Of a stretch of 64,000 nucleotides of DNA, positions 9,697-19,692 are shown piece after piece. Source of the DNA: Chitinophaga pinensis (GTDB taxonomy: Bacteria > Bacteroidota > Bacteroidia > NS11-12g > UBA955); NCBI GenBank assembly GCA_945888525.1, contig CAMDAF010000005.1:34512-98511 (forward strand), read 5' to 3'. Every line of letters starts with the position of its first letter. Position 1 is the stretch's first letter. Under the pieces are notes generated by a model. The model did not search any database. It had not been told where the DNA came from and was given only the letters and a program-made list of their open reading frames with translations. The position numbers were made by a program, and so were the translations under genes.

Positions 9697-11628
9697 ATGA
9701 GGATCCTTAGTTTAATATTTTTCATTTGTGTTTCCATGCAGCTTTTTTCCCAAGGTCCAATTATCTCGAATTTAAATAGAAATATTTATTTAAATAAATC
9801 CAAGGGTCAAAATAATTCAAAAAGAAGCCTTAACGACACCATTCAACTTCCTTTTTTCGAAGATTTTACAACAAGTGCGGTTTATCCAAACATGGAATAT
9901 TGGAGAGACAGCTTGGTGTACATTAACAATCAATTTTCTGTTTCACCACCTAGTTATGGTGTTGCTACATTTGACAATTTAGATAAACAAGGAAAACCAT
10001 ACCAGACATTAAATGGTTTAACACACAACCACAGCGATTCTTTAACCTCAAATTTTATTAATTTAAAAAATTACAAGAACGGGCTAAATACAATTGCTTA
10101 TTCAATTGCCGATTCAATCTATTTAAGTTTTTTCTATCAGACACAAGGTATTGGCGATCCATTGGACAAAACAGATTCTTTGGTTTTGAAATTCAAAGAT
10201 CTTAATGGATTTTGGAAAACCGTTTGGAAAACAACTGGCAGTTCGGTGAAACCATTTAAGCAAGTCTTGGTAGGGGTTTTAAATCCAATGTATTTAAATG
10301 CAAATTTCCAATTTAGATTTGTCAATTATGGCAAATCAACTGGGAATATGAACCAGTGGCATATTGATTATATTCGAATGAAAAGTTCTAGGAATAGATA
10401 TGACACCATGGTAAATGATGTGGCTATTAATGCAGATCCAATAGGTCCATTGCAAATATACGAAAGCATGCCTTACGACCATTTTAAAGCAAATGCACCC
10501 TTTAATCAGTCTGCTTTTCATACGGTTAAATTAAGAAACAACAACAACGTTTCTGTTAACGTTCAATACAAATGCGAGGTAAGAAATGTTTACAATAAAA
10601 TAATTGTATCCTATCCTTTAAGCTCATCTGCACGAAATATAAACAGCAACAGCGATAGCAGCGAGAATTTTAATGCCTTTGGATTCGATACCTTGTCTGG
10701 CAAATCGCCTTTGTTAAAATTAAAATACACCATAGCGCCCCTGGCAAATGATTTCACACCCGATAATTACAACAGTATAGGCAACAACAACGAATACACT
10801 AAAACCGTTAAATTCAATAATTATTTTGCTTACGATGATGGTTCTGCCGAAGGTGGTTATGGGTTGGATTACGGCTCATTGCCTGCTGGCCCTGGTTATG
10901 CCGCAATAAAGTTCTCTTCTTTCAAACCTGATACACTTCGCGGAATCTCGGTTTTCTTTAACCGTTCAATTACCGATGTTCAATTCAAATCTTTTAATTT
11001 GATGGTATGGAAAACAATCAGCGAACCACCGGCTAACAACACCAATTCAGATTTGATTTTAAAGCGCATAAATATACCCAGCACAGTCTATACAGACTCT
11101 ATTAACGGATTCACAAGTTTTATTTTTGATACTGCTGTATTGCTGCCTCAAGGTCCGTTTTATATTGGTTGGCAACAAAACACCAATTTTATATTAAATG
11201 TTGGTTACGATAACAACTATAAATATGCAAAAATTGGAGGTGCCAATCCAAATTTATTTTACAACCTCAATGGTTATTGGGAGAAAGTTAGTTCCAATAT
11301 TACAGGAGCAGTAATGATGAGACCACTTGTAGGCCGTGAAATCAAAATTAAAAATCCAACAGGCGTAGAAAAAATATTTAACACCAACCGTATTAACATT
11401 TATCCAAATCCTTCTAACAACAGCCAAGAAGTATTTATTAAAGCTGATAACTCAATTAAATCAATCAAAGTATACGATTGCCTTGGTAAACTTCAATTAG
11501 AATTTCAAGGTGAAAACATAGAAAATGTAAATATCAGCACTTTAAACAATGGAATTTATTTCTTTGAATTGCTGGATGAACAAAACAATACCTACTTTCA
11601 AAAATGGATCAAACAATCTTATGAATGA
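9697..11628 (+). CDS. secreted protein with T9SS type-A C-terminal sorting domain; N-terminal function unknown
   Basis: Start set at MRILSLIFFICVSMQLFSQ (signal peptide). C-terminus INIYPNPSNNSQEVFIKAD...LNNGIYFFELLDEQN...QKWIK matches the Por secretion tail pattern. Confidence 0.8.
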   Translation: MRILSLIFFICVSMQLFSQGPIISNLNRNIYLNKSKGQNNSKRSLNDTIQLPFFEDFTTSAVYPNMEYWRDSLVYINNQFSVSPPSYGVATFDNLDKQGKPYQTLNGLTHNHSDSLTSNFINLKNYKNGLNTIAYSIADSIYLSFFYQTQGIGDPLDKTDSLVLKFKDLNGFWKTVWKTTGSSVKPFKQVLVGVLNPMYLNANFQFRFVNYGKSTGNMNQWHIDYIRMKSSRNRYDTMVNDVAINADPIGPLQIYESMPYDHFKANAPFNQSAFHTVKLRNNNNVSVNVQYKCEVRNVYNKIIVSYPLSSSARNINSNSDSSENFNAFGFDTLSGKSPLLKLKYTIAPLANDFTPDNYNSIGNNNEYTKTVKFNNYFAYDDGSAEGGYGLDYGSLPAGPGYAAIKFSSFKPDTLRGISVFFNRSITDVQFKSFNLMVWKTISEPPANNTNSDLILKRINIPSTVYTDSINGFTSFIFDTAVLLPQGPFYIGWQQNTNFILNVGYDNNYKYAKIGGANPNLFYNLNGYWEKVSSNITGAVMMRPLVGREIKIKNPTGVEKIFNTNRINIYPNPSNNSQEVFIKADNSIKSIKVYDCLGKLQLEFQGENIENVNISTLNNGIYFFELLDEQNNTYFQKWIKQSYE

Positions 11629-11920
11629 TATAAGCGCAGAAGAATTAAAACAAAGATTAAATATTGGTGAAACTCTAAATATTATTGATGTTAGAGAACC
11701 ATACGAGTACGAAGAATTTAATATTGGTGCCCGTCTAATTCCACTTGGTGATTTGCAAGATAATTTAGATGATCTTGAAGATTGGCAAAGCAGTGAAGTT
11801 ATAATTCACTGTAGAAGCGGTGCTAGAAGTGCTGCTGCAAAAGCATTTATGCTTCAAAATGGCTTTCATAATGTGCGCAGTCTTAGCGGTGGTATGGTTG
11901 CCTACCAAGCATTGAATTAA
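11621..11920 (+). CDS. single-domain rhodanese (sulfurtransferase-like)
   Basis: Start set at ATG 11621, which overlaps the upstream stop (ATGAATGA). Active-site loop IHCRSGARS. About 100 aa. Confidence 0.8.
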   Translation: MNDISAEELKQRLNIGETLNIIDVREPYEYEEFNIGARLIPLGDLQDNLDDLEDWQSSEVIIHCRSGARSAAAKAFMLQNGFHNVRSLSGGMVAYQALN

Positions 11921-11928
11921 TTTGAGTT

Positions 11929-13812
11929 TTGATAAAAAAATTAAGCTCCATAGTATTAGGGTTAATTTTTATAATTTCGTTCAGCCTTTGCCGACAAGCA
12001 AAAAAAGTTGAACAGGTCTCACCATACCTAAACCACAACGACTCTGTTAAATATGTAGGGATTGAAACCTGCAAATCTTGTCATTTGGATAAATACGAAA
12101 CATTTGTCCAAACGGGTATGGGCATGAGCTTCGACTCTGCATCTATCTATAAATCATCTGCAAATTTCATCAATCCAAAGCCAGTTTACGATTCGTTTCT
12201 AAACCTCTATTATCTTCCCTTTCTAAAAAACAATGTCTTCTATTTAAAGGAATACAGAATGGAAAATAAGGATACCGTTTATTCTCGAACAGAGAAAATA
12301 AATTATATAGTGGGTTCCGGACACCACACCAATTCGCATATGGTAGCTGAAAATGGGTATGTGTTCCAAGCACCTATCACCTTTTATACGCAAAAGGGTA
12401 AATGGGATTTGCCTCCTGGTTTTGAAAATGGAAATAATACCCGCTTCAACCGTAAAATTGGTTTAGAATGCATGAGCTGTCACAATGCAATGCCTCAATT
12501 AGTTGAAGCTTCGGAAAACCAATACAATGAATTGCCCCACGGAATCAATTGCGAACGTTGCCATGGTCCCGGCCAATTGCACGTTCAGGAAATGAAAAAA
12601 GGGAATATAGTCGACGTCAATAAAAAGACGGATTACACCATTGTTAATCCTGGAAAATTGTCTTGGCAAAGGCAAATTGATGTTTGTCAACGCTGCCATT
12701 TGCAAGGAAATGCTGTATTAAAACCAAATAAATCGTTTGCCAGTTTTAAACCAGGTATGGTCTTAAGTGAGACATTTGACCAGTTTTCACCTGAGTATGA
12801 AGATGGCGAAGATTTCGTTATGGCAGCACATGCCGAACGTTTTCAAAAAAGCAAATGCTTTATCTCTAGCAATAAAAACAATTTGAATGCAGAAAATACC
12901 AAGCTTGCTTTTACTTGCATTTCTTGTCACAATCCACACGTCTCAGTCAGAAAAACCAATACACTTCAATTTAACAATACCTGTATTTCTTGCCACAAAG
13001 AAAAAAAATGCTCAGAATCGATAGCGAATAGAAACAAACAAAATGACAATTGTGTCGCCTGCCATATGCCTATATCGGGAACTGCAGATATTCCCCACGT
13101 TTCTGTGCACGACCATTATATCCGTAAGCCTAGCAAATTACCGGCAATTAAGCCGACCAAATTAAAGGGCCTAAGATGCATTACAAGCAATTCTCCAGAT
13201 TTAAATACCACCACTGAGGCCTATGTGTCTTACTTTGAAAAATTTGAATCCAATCCTTTCTACTTAAATAAAGCGAAAGACTTAAGTAAAAAACTAGATA
13301 CTAAGAATCAGTTTCATGTGCAAACTCTAATACATCTTTATTACTTGTCTGAGGACTATAAGGCCATTGTTAATCTCTCGGAGAATTATTCAGGAGAAAT
13401 AGATGCTTGGACCAATTATAGAATAGCCAAAGCTTTTGAAAAATTAAATAATCTTATCAAAGCGGAATCATTTTTAGCCAAAGCAGTAGAACAAAACAAC
13501 AAAGCGCTTGACTTTATTTTACAATACGCTGTTCTTGAAATAAAGCTGAATAAATGGAAACAAGCTGAATCGCTTTTGTTGAATTATAACAAATTGTATA
13601 GCAAAAGTGCTGATGCATGGGCTTATATCGGACTTGTTAGATTGAAAGAAAATAAACTCTCAGAAGCTAAAAGCAATTTTTTGCAGTCTTTAAAATTAGA
13701 CCCAGATCAGCCAATTGCCCTTCAAAATATCTACCAAATATATTTGCTTTCAAATCCCCTAGAGGCCCAAAAGATAGCAAAGAGAATTGCAGGGTTGAAG
13801 GGTAAAAAATAG
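11929..13812 (+). CDS. multihaem c-type cytochrome (7 CXXCH) fused to a C-terminal TPR region; signal/lipobox N-terminus
   Basis: CXXCH motifs read in the translation: CKSCH, CMSCH, CERCH, CQRCH, CISCH, CISCH, CVACH. N-terminus LGLIFIISFSLC. The last about 200 aa are TPR-like helical repeats. TTG is the only start compatible with the signal peptide. Confidence 0.8.
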   Translation: MIKKLSSIVLGLIFIISFSLCRQAKKVEQVSPYLNHNDSVKYVGIETCKSCHLDKYETFVQTGMGMSFDSASIYKSSANFINPKPVYDSFLNLYYLPFLKNNVFYLKEYRMENKDTVYSRTEKINYIVGSGHHTNSHMVAENGYVFQAPITFYTQKGKWDLPPGFENGNNTRFNRKIGLECMSCHNAMPQLVEASENQYNELPHGINCERCHGPGQLHVQEMKKGNIVDVNKKTDYTIVNPGKLSWQRQIDVCQRCHLQGNAVLKPNKSFASFKPGMVLSETFDQFSPEYEDGEDFVMAAHAERFQKSKCFISSNKNNLNAENTKLAFTCISCHNPHVSVRKTNTLQFNNTCISCHKEKKCSESIANRNKQNDNCVACHMPISGTADIPHVSVHDHYIRKPSKLPAIKPTKLKGLRCITSNSPDLNTTTEAYVSYFEKFESNPFYLNKAKDLSKKLDTKNQFHVQTLIHLYYLSEDYKAIVNLSENYSGEIDAWTNYRIAKAFEKLNNLIKAESFLAKAVEQNNKALDFILQYAVLEIKLNKWKQAESLLLNYNKLYSKSADAWAYIGLVRLKENKLSEAKSNFLQSLKLDPDQPIALQNIYQIYLLSNPLEAQKIAKRIAGLKGKK

Positions 13813-13997
13813 TCAATCTCTGCGCAGGCAATGTTTTCTTATTGTGCGTCGTTTAAACACCAAGTGTTTTATAAGCCAGTAGTCTATTTTATTAATGGTT
13901 TGTTTGCTTTTGAATTTCTTGTTGCCCATTAAGCGCATAAGCAATATCAGCTTAATAAATAGTTTTTAGGACGTGTTCAAAGAAACGGAAAATGAAA

Positions 13998-14636
13998 CTA
14001 CCAGGTAATGGTATGCATGTTCAATGCATTGGGTATGATGTTCTCCAACGTGTCACCATAAACAGCATCAATTGAATCTCTATTTACGCCATAAGTTGTC
14101 AATTGAACGGTGTGGTTGTCAATTTTCCTAAACTGGTAATTGTTGCTGTTGTTTTCTGTGCATTGATAGGTTAAGCCATTATATTTTTCAACCCATTTTT
14201 CAACCCAAGAATACAACCTTATTTCATCCCAACAACTTTCCTCAGATTGAATAAACAGCATGATTTCATGAAAACCATCACCATTCAAATCGTTCATGTC
14301 TTTTAGTTGCAATTCAGAAATATTATCCAAGCCAATAAAGTCATTGTAGCAAGAAAATTTTATTTTGTATTTGCTGCTGAGTTGATTGTATTCAATCGTT
14401 GCTGTATCTGATATTCCGTCCGCATTGATATCGCTTAGGTAGACAATCCTTGAAACGATAGAGTCCGATTTGCCTTTAGAATTGTGCCTTTTTTGTTTGA
14501 AATAATCATCGGAACTCATCAAATCCGCCAAATCCAAATCGATGGAATCGCCAGCATTTACTATTGGTTTTGTCTTGTTACAGGAAAAAATCAGTAATAA
14601 AAATAAAGATAGAATAACTCTTTGCATTGTGTTCAT
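13998..14636 (-). CDS. hypothetical lipoprotein with two DxNxDGxxD/E (FG-GAP/calcium-loop-like) motifs
   Basis: Lipobox LLLIFSC; DINADGISD and DLNGDGFHE. Start set at ATG 14636. ATG 14627 (MQRV...) is an alternative because a TAATTTTG box sits at 14639..14646. Confidence 0.55.
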   Translation of the reverse strand: MNTMQRVILSLFLLLIFSCNKTKPIVNAGDSIDLDLADLMSSDDYFKQKRHNSKGKSDSIVSRIVYLSDINADGISDTATIEYNQLSSKYKIKFSCYNDFIGLDNISELQLKDMNDLNGDGFHEIMLFIQSEESCWDEIRLYSWVEKWVEKYNGLTYQCTENNSNNYQFRKIDNHTVQLTTYGVNRDSIDAVYGDTLENIIPNALNMHTITW

Positions 14637-14804
14637 CGCAAAATTAAAATCAATTATTGGTTTTGCAATGAATAATTTTAAGTTTTTTAAATCTTTTTTA
14701 TAGTGTACTGTTTTGTCTTCCATACGAATAAATATACATCAACATGTTTAAACGATTCAATTAATAGATGTTATTATTTGAAGATAATTGAATAATTTCG
14801 CGCT

Positions 14805-16385
14805 GTGAATTTAACGGACGAGATATATAAACGAAAAACCTTTGCAATCATTAGTCACCCCGATGCGGGTAAAACAACTTTAACTGAGAAATTCTTGTTA
14901 TTTGGAGGCGCTATTCAAACTGCAGGTGCGGTTAAATCAAATAAAATTAAAAAAGCTGCTACCAGCGACTTTATGGAGATTGAAAAGCAAAGAGGGATCT
15001 CAGTTGCTACTTCAGTTATGACTTTTGAATACGATGGCAAATTGGTTAATATTCTAGATACACCTGGGCACAAAGATTTTGCTGAAGATACCTATAGAAC
15101 TCTAACCGCTGTTGATAGTGTTATTTTGGTTATTGATTGCGTTAAAGGCGTTGAAGAGCAAACCGAGAAGTTAATGGAGGTTTGCAGAATGCGCAATTCA
15201 CCAGTTATCGTTTTTATCAATAAGGTTGACCGCGATGGCCGTGATCCATTTGATTTATTAGATGAATTAGAACAAAAGCTAAACATCAAAGTTAGACCAA
15301 TGAGCTGGCCCATCAACAGTGGCCGAGATTTTAAAGGCGTTTATAAATTGTACGATAAAAGTATTAATTTCTTCGAAGCCAATAAAACTAAGATTAGCAA
15401 AGATGTGATACGAATTGATGATTTAAATAGTCCATTGTTAGACGAACTTATCGATAAAGATGCCATAAGATTGCGTCAAGATGTTGAATTGATTGACGGC
15501 GTTTATGGTGATTTTGATGTGAATGATTATCTAAGTGGTGAAGTTGCGCCAGTGTTTTTTGGCAGTGCTCTAAATAATTTTGGCATCAAAGAACTACTGG
15601 AAAAGTTTTTAGAAATTGCGCCATTTCCTCAGGCCCGACAAAGCGACGAAAGAAAAGTAATGCCTGAAGAAACTAAATTTACGGGTTTTGTTTTTAAAAT
15701 ACACGCAAATCTTGATCCTAGACACCGCGACCGCATAGCATTCTTGAGGGTTTGCTCAGGAAAATTTGAACGAAACAAATTCTTCCACCATGTGCGCCTT
15801 AATAAAAACATGAAATTTGCCAGTCCATTCACCTTTATGGCTGATAGCAAAGCTTTGCTCGAAGATGCTTATGCTGGCGATGTTGTGGGACTTTATGATA
15901 CCGGCAATTTTAAAATTGGAGATACCCTCACAGAAGGCGAAGCTATTATGTACAAAGGAATTCCTTCCTTTTCGCCAGAAATTTTTAAAGAGTTGATTAA
16001 TCTTGATCCAATGAAATCTAAACAACTTGAAAAAGGCATTGAACAACTTACAGATGAAGGCGTCGCCCAATTGTTCAGACAAGATCAAGGAAATCGTAAG
16101 TTTATTGGCACTGTAGGTGAATTGCAGTTTGAGGTTATTCAATACCGTTTAGAACATGAATACAATGCCAAATGTAGATTTGACCCAAGAGCCTTTTTTA
16201 AAGCTTGTTGGATGACAGGCGATAAAAATGCAATTGAAGAGTTTTGCCGTTTTAGACAAAAAAATATTGTAAAAGATAAGGATGAGAATTTAGTCTTCCT
16301 TTCAGAAACAGCATGGATATTGAACACCGCCATTCAACAAAATCCTAAAATAGAATTCCATACAACTTCTGAATTCAAAATTTAA
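14805..16385 (+). CDS. prfC: peptide chain release factor 3 (translational GTPase)
   Basis: [20 protein letters not shown] (G1), DTPGHKDF (G3), NKVDR (G4). Length of 526 aa is typical of RF3. GTG start. Confidence 0.93.
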   Translation: MNLTDEIYKRKTFAIISHPDAGKTTLTEKFLLFGGAIQTAGAVKSNKIKKAATSDFMEIEKQRGISVATSVMTFEYDGKLVNILDTPGHKDFAEDTYRTLTAVDSVILVIDCVKGVEEQTEKLMEVCRMRNSPVIVFINKVDRDGRDPFDLLDELEQKLNIKVRPMSWPINSGRDFKGVYKLYDKSINFFEANKTKISKDVIRIDDLNSPLLDELIDKDAIRLRQDVELIDGVYGDFDVNDYLSGEVAPVFFGSALNNFGIKELLEKFLEIAPFPQARQSDERKVMPEETKFTGFVFKIHANLDPRHRDRIAFLRVCSGKFERNKFFHHVRLNKNMKFASPFTFMADSKALLEDAYAGDVVGLYDTGNFKIGDTLTEGEAIMYKGIPSFSPEIFKELINLDPMKSKQLEKGIEQLTDEGVAQLFRQDQGNRKFIGTVGELQFEVIQYRLEHEYNAKCRFDPRAFFKACWMTGDKNAIEEFCRFRQKNIVKDKDENLVFLSETAWILNTAIQQNPKIEFHTTSEFKI

Positions 16386-16412
16386 ACATTTGTCAAAATA
16401 AAAAATAGTCGT

Positions 16413-17345
16413 ATGTTTGACCTAAATATGGATTGTTTGAGACAAAGTATATTGGGCGCTTGTTTGTTTGCATATTCTTCTATCTATGCTCAAGATCAAA
16501 CCACTGTTGATTTTACACCTAACTTCAAAAAAGGTGAACGTTTGGTTTATCAATTGGTTGAAACAAAATTCAAACAAAATCTTAACGGTCATTACCTCTA
16601 CATTATGTACGATACCAGTTATATGGTGTTTAATGTGATGGAAAAAAATGATTCTCAAACCCTAATTGATTTTAATTTTGCCGATGCAGTTGTGAATGGA
16701 AAACCATACAACGAGCCTGTGCCTTATCCTAATAACCTTAAAACCGATACGTATAAGTTGGTTTTGAGTTCAAAAGGTGAATTCATTGAATTAAGCAATT
16801 GGGAATATTTTGCAGGTGCCCTTATTCAAAACATTAAAACTTCCTATAAAATAAATAAGTTGGATTCGAACGCATTAAAATATTACTACTTGTATTACCA
16901 CAATCAAGAAAATGTAGAAAATGCTGTTTTGCCAAGAGTTCACGAACTATTCGATATTCTTGGGGAGGCCTATAACCTTGAGACGAATTACAGCCTTGCT
17001 CGAGAAATGGTCAATCCTTTTGGTGGCAATAATTTGCAAAAATCTTGCTTATTCAGACCTCGCAAGGATAGCAAATACCCAAATTCTGTTTTCTTTTCAG
17101 GTAAATTGAAAAGCAATTCCGACGACAACGACTGTTTGCAAGAGGATTACTACGCTTTCCAAAATTTAAAGAAACCAGACGCGGATTCTGAAGAAACGCC
17201 ACCCTATATTTATATGGAGGATACCTATACTTACCAATGGGGGCAAATTAACAAACTGTTTTTATCCCTTACAACCACCCACACAGTGTATTTTGGTTCA
17301 GATAAACAAGGTTTGGATCGGGTTTATAGTTTCTATGCTTTTTGA
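16413..17345 (+). CDS. hypothetical exported protein (310 aa)
   Basis: Signal-like N-terminus (ILGACLFAYSSIYAQ). No recognised motif. Its stop overlaps the start of the next gene. Confidence 0.5.
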   Translation: MFDLNMDCLRQSILGACLFAYSSIYAQDQTTVDFTPNFKKGERLVYQLVETKFKQNLNGHYLYIMYDTSYMVFNVMEKNDSQTLIDFNFADAVVNGKPYNEPVPYPNNLKTDTYKLVLSSKGEFIELSNWEYFAGALIQNIKTSYKINKLDSNALKYYYLYYHNQENVENAVLPRVHELFDILGEAYNLETNYSLAREMVNPFGGNNLQKSCLFRPRKDSKYPNSVFFSGKLKSNSDDNDCLQEDYYAFQNLKKPDADSEETPPYIYMEDTYTYQWGQINKLFLSLTTTHTVYFGSDKQGLDRVYSFYAF

Positions 17346-18793
17346 TGCTAAACCGCGAAAATACAGTAATATATTTAGCTTTTATTGCTGTTTTTACCCT
17401 TTTGTTTTTCGTGTTTCTTCAAAGCCAAGGTGTTGAAGGCGGACTTGATTCTTGGAATCATTTTTTGATTTCTAAATGTGCTTTTCTTCATCCCGATTTA
17501 CTTTTAGACCAATGGAACAAACCCGTTTTTACGTTAATTACCGTTTTAATTTGTCAATTGGGTTTCGATGCATTAATTATTTTCAATATTTTTTGTGTAG
17601 CTATAAGTGGCTTGCTATTGTCCTTAGCACTGAAAAGCAAAGGGTACAAAAATACATGGATACTAAGTCCCTTAACCGCATTTACCCCTATATTACTTCA
17701 AAATACAATCTCTGGATTGACCGAACCTTTGAACGTTTTCTTTCTTTCCATGGTTTTTTACTTTTGGTGCAAAGACCAATTGAAATATGCCGTAATTATT
17801 GCTTCTTTTCTTCCATTCGTGAGAACAGAAGGCTTTGTTATTTGTGGAGCTGTGTTTTTGTTGCTTTTGATTAGAAAGGATTATAAACTAATTCTTTGGC
17901 TGATTTCAGGCAGTGTAGTTATGAATTTCGTTGGTTTTGCAATAACAGGGAAACCTTTTTGGATAATAACTGAAAATCCATATTGGAAGCACGAAACTGA
18001 GGGCACATTTGAGGCCGGTAGCGGCAGTTTCTTTCATTACATGATTCAAGGTAGGGCTATTTTTGGCTTGCCTTTAGAAATTGCATTCATCGTTTCCAAC
18101 CTTTTTATTGCCTATTTTTTGATTTTCAAAAGAAAAATACAAGATATTGTTTTACTTTCTATTTTGGTTTTTTGGTTTTACTTCCTAGCCCATACAACTA
18201 TTTACTTTTTTGGAATACTTGGCTCACATGGTTTAACCAGAGTGATGGCTGTGCTAGCTCCAGCCTTGGCCATTTTGGCTTATTTTGCGATCAATGAATG
18301 TTTTATTCTTTTCAAACTGCCTACTAAACTGCAAGTTATATCAATTTCGATTTTTGCATTTTTGGTCATTTGGACAGCTTACCATGAATCTGATTATGCA
18401 AAACCTCATCGCTTCAAAGAAGCGACCGTAAAGCCTGACAAGACGCAAGAAAATTTTATTAAAGCAGGAGAGTGGCTAATCGAAAATAAATTAATGGATC
18501 GGCCCATTATACATCAATCGCCATATTTCGATGTGAAATTCAACAAGGATCCATATAACATTCAATCGTCTTACAGGGTGTGGTCGATTGATCAAAAAAG
18601 CGATTGGGCAGCAAAAGGTGTCATCGTTATTTGGGATGGTTTTTCAGCTGTCCGCGAAGGAAATATGAAACTTAATTGGTTGACCGAAAATTCAAATTAT
18701 AAATTGCTGCACACGATCGATGGTTTCGAAAAGCCAGCCTACGATTCGACCATGTATAAGATTTGTATTTTCGAAAAGTGTAATAAGCCTTAG
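17345..18793 (+). CDS. polytopic membrane protein, GT-C-fold-like (ArnT/PMT-type glycosyltransferase architecture), tentative
   Basis: About 10 or more hydrophobic helices over about 370 aa, then a soluble about 110-aa C-terminal domain. ATG at 17345 overlaps the upstream TGA (TGATG). Confidence 0.4.
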   Translation: MLNRENTVIYLAFIAVFTLLFFVFLQSQGVEGGLDSWNHFLISKCAFLHPDLLLDQWNKPVFTLITVLICQLGFDALIIFNIFCVAISGLLLSLALKSKGYKNTWILSPLTAFTPILLQNTISGLTEPLNVFFLSMVFYFWCKDQLKYAVIIASFLPFVRTEGFVICGAVFLLLLIRKDYKLILWLISGSVVMNFVGFAITGKPFWIITENPYWKHETEGTFEAGSGSFFHYMIQGRAIFGLPLEIAFIVSNLFIAYFLIFKRKIQDIVLLSILVFWFYFLAHTTIYFFGILGSHGLTRVMAVLAPALAILAYFAINECFILFKLPTKLQVISISIFAFLVIWTAYHESDYAKPHRFKEATVKPDKTQENFIKAGEWLIENKLMDRPIIHQSPYFDVKFNKDPYNIQSSYRVWSIDQKSDWAAKGVIVIWDGFSAVREGNMKLNWLTENSNYKLLHTIDGFEKPAYDSTMYKICIFEKCNKP

Positions 18794-18807
18794 ATTTTTA
18801 TTTGAAA

Positions 18808-19632
18808 TTAAATTCCAAATAAATCGGCATGGATTTTATAGGTCTGACTAAATCCAAAATGCTTATTTTTATAGCTTTCAACCCACGCAATGCCTCTGCT
18901 GGCATTTGAAATGAATACCTCATCTGCCGATTCTATGTCGTCTTCAGTAACTATGGTCTCGCGAATTTGGTAACCTAGATTTTTTAAGGTGCCTAATATG
19001 TAGTGCCTCATTACACCATCAAGACAATATTCACTTAGCGCAGGGGTTAAAATTTCTTCGCCAGATATTATAAAAATATTTGCATTGAATACTTCTGCAA
19101 CATTCCCTTGTTCATTAAACAATAAAACTGTATCCAATTGATTTTCAGTTGCGTAAATTCCGGCTAATACATAATGCATCGCAGACAAGGGTTTAAAGAA
19201 ACTTAAAAAATTGGATGGTTTTAAAATCAAATTATACGACCCAAGTTTTAAGCCAATATCGTTAATTGGGTAGTTGGCCTTTGCCTCAGTCATCTCAATT
19301 AAAAAACAGCATTTATTTCTTTGGGGTGCATAGAAGCCTTCAGATTCCCTGTAGAAAACAATGCGGCATCTCGCATTAACCCAACCGTTTTTTAAACACA
19401 ACAATTCTATTTGATCTTCAAAATACTGTTGTGTCCATCTTTCATTTAAGGGTAAATGAAAAAAAGTTGATGCCCTCAATATTCTTTGATAGTGTAAATC
19501 AAATAAATGGGCACGTTTATTTACTACCTTAATGCTCTCAAAAAAACCATCACCATATTTGTAAATACGGCTGTGCGAATTAAAGATCTTATCATCGGCA
19601 TCTGTTAGCACACCTTGGAAACTGATCAACAT
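18808..19632 (-). CDS. class IV aminotransferase family protein (PabC / branched-chain aminotransferase-like)
   Basis: N-terminal YGDGFFESIKV motif, about 270 aa, fold-type IV-like layout. Substrate not assignable. Confidence 0.65.
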   Translation of the reverse strand: MLISFQGVLTDADDKIFNSHSRIYKYGDGFFESIKVVNKRAHLFDLHYQRILRASTFFHLPLNERWTQQYFEDQIELLCLKNGWVNARCRIVFYRESEGFYAPQRNKCCFLIEMTEAKANYPINDIGLKLGSYNLILKPSNFLSFFKPLSAMHYVLAGIYATENQLDTVLLFNEQGNVAEVFNANIFIISGEEILTPALSEYCLDGVMRHYILGTLKNLGYQIRETIVTEDDIESADEVFISNASRGIAWVESYKNKHFGFSQTYKIHADLFGI

Positions 19633-19674
19633 GGTTGCAATATACTAAGTTTTTTGAATTCCAAACTAAAAATT

Positions 19675-19682
19675 TATATTTG
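19675..19682 (+). promoter_or_regulatory. Bacteroidota -7 box (TATATTTG) for the giant surface protein gene
   Basis: Matches TAnnTTTG, 11 nt upstream of ATG 19693. Confidence 0.45.
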
Positions 19683-19692
19683 TATACATTCT

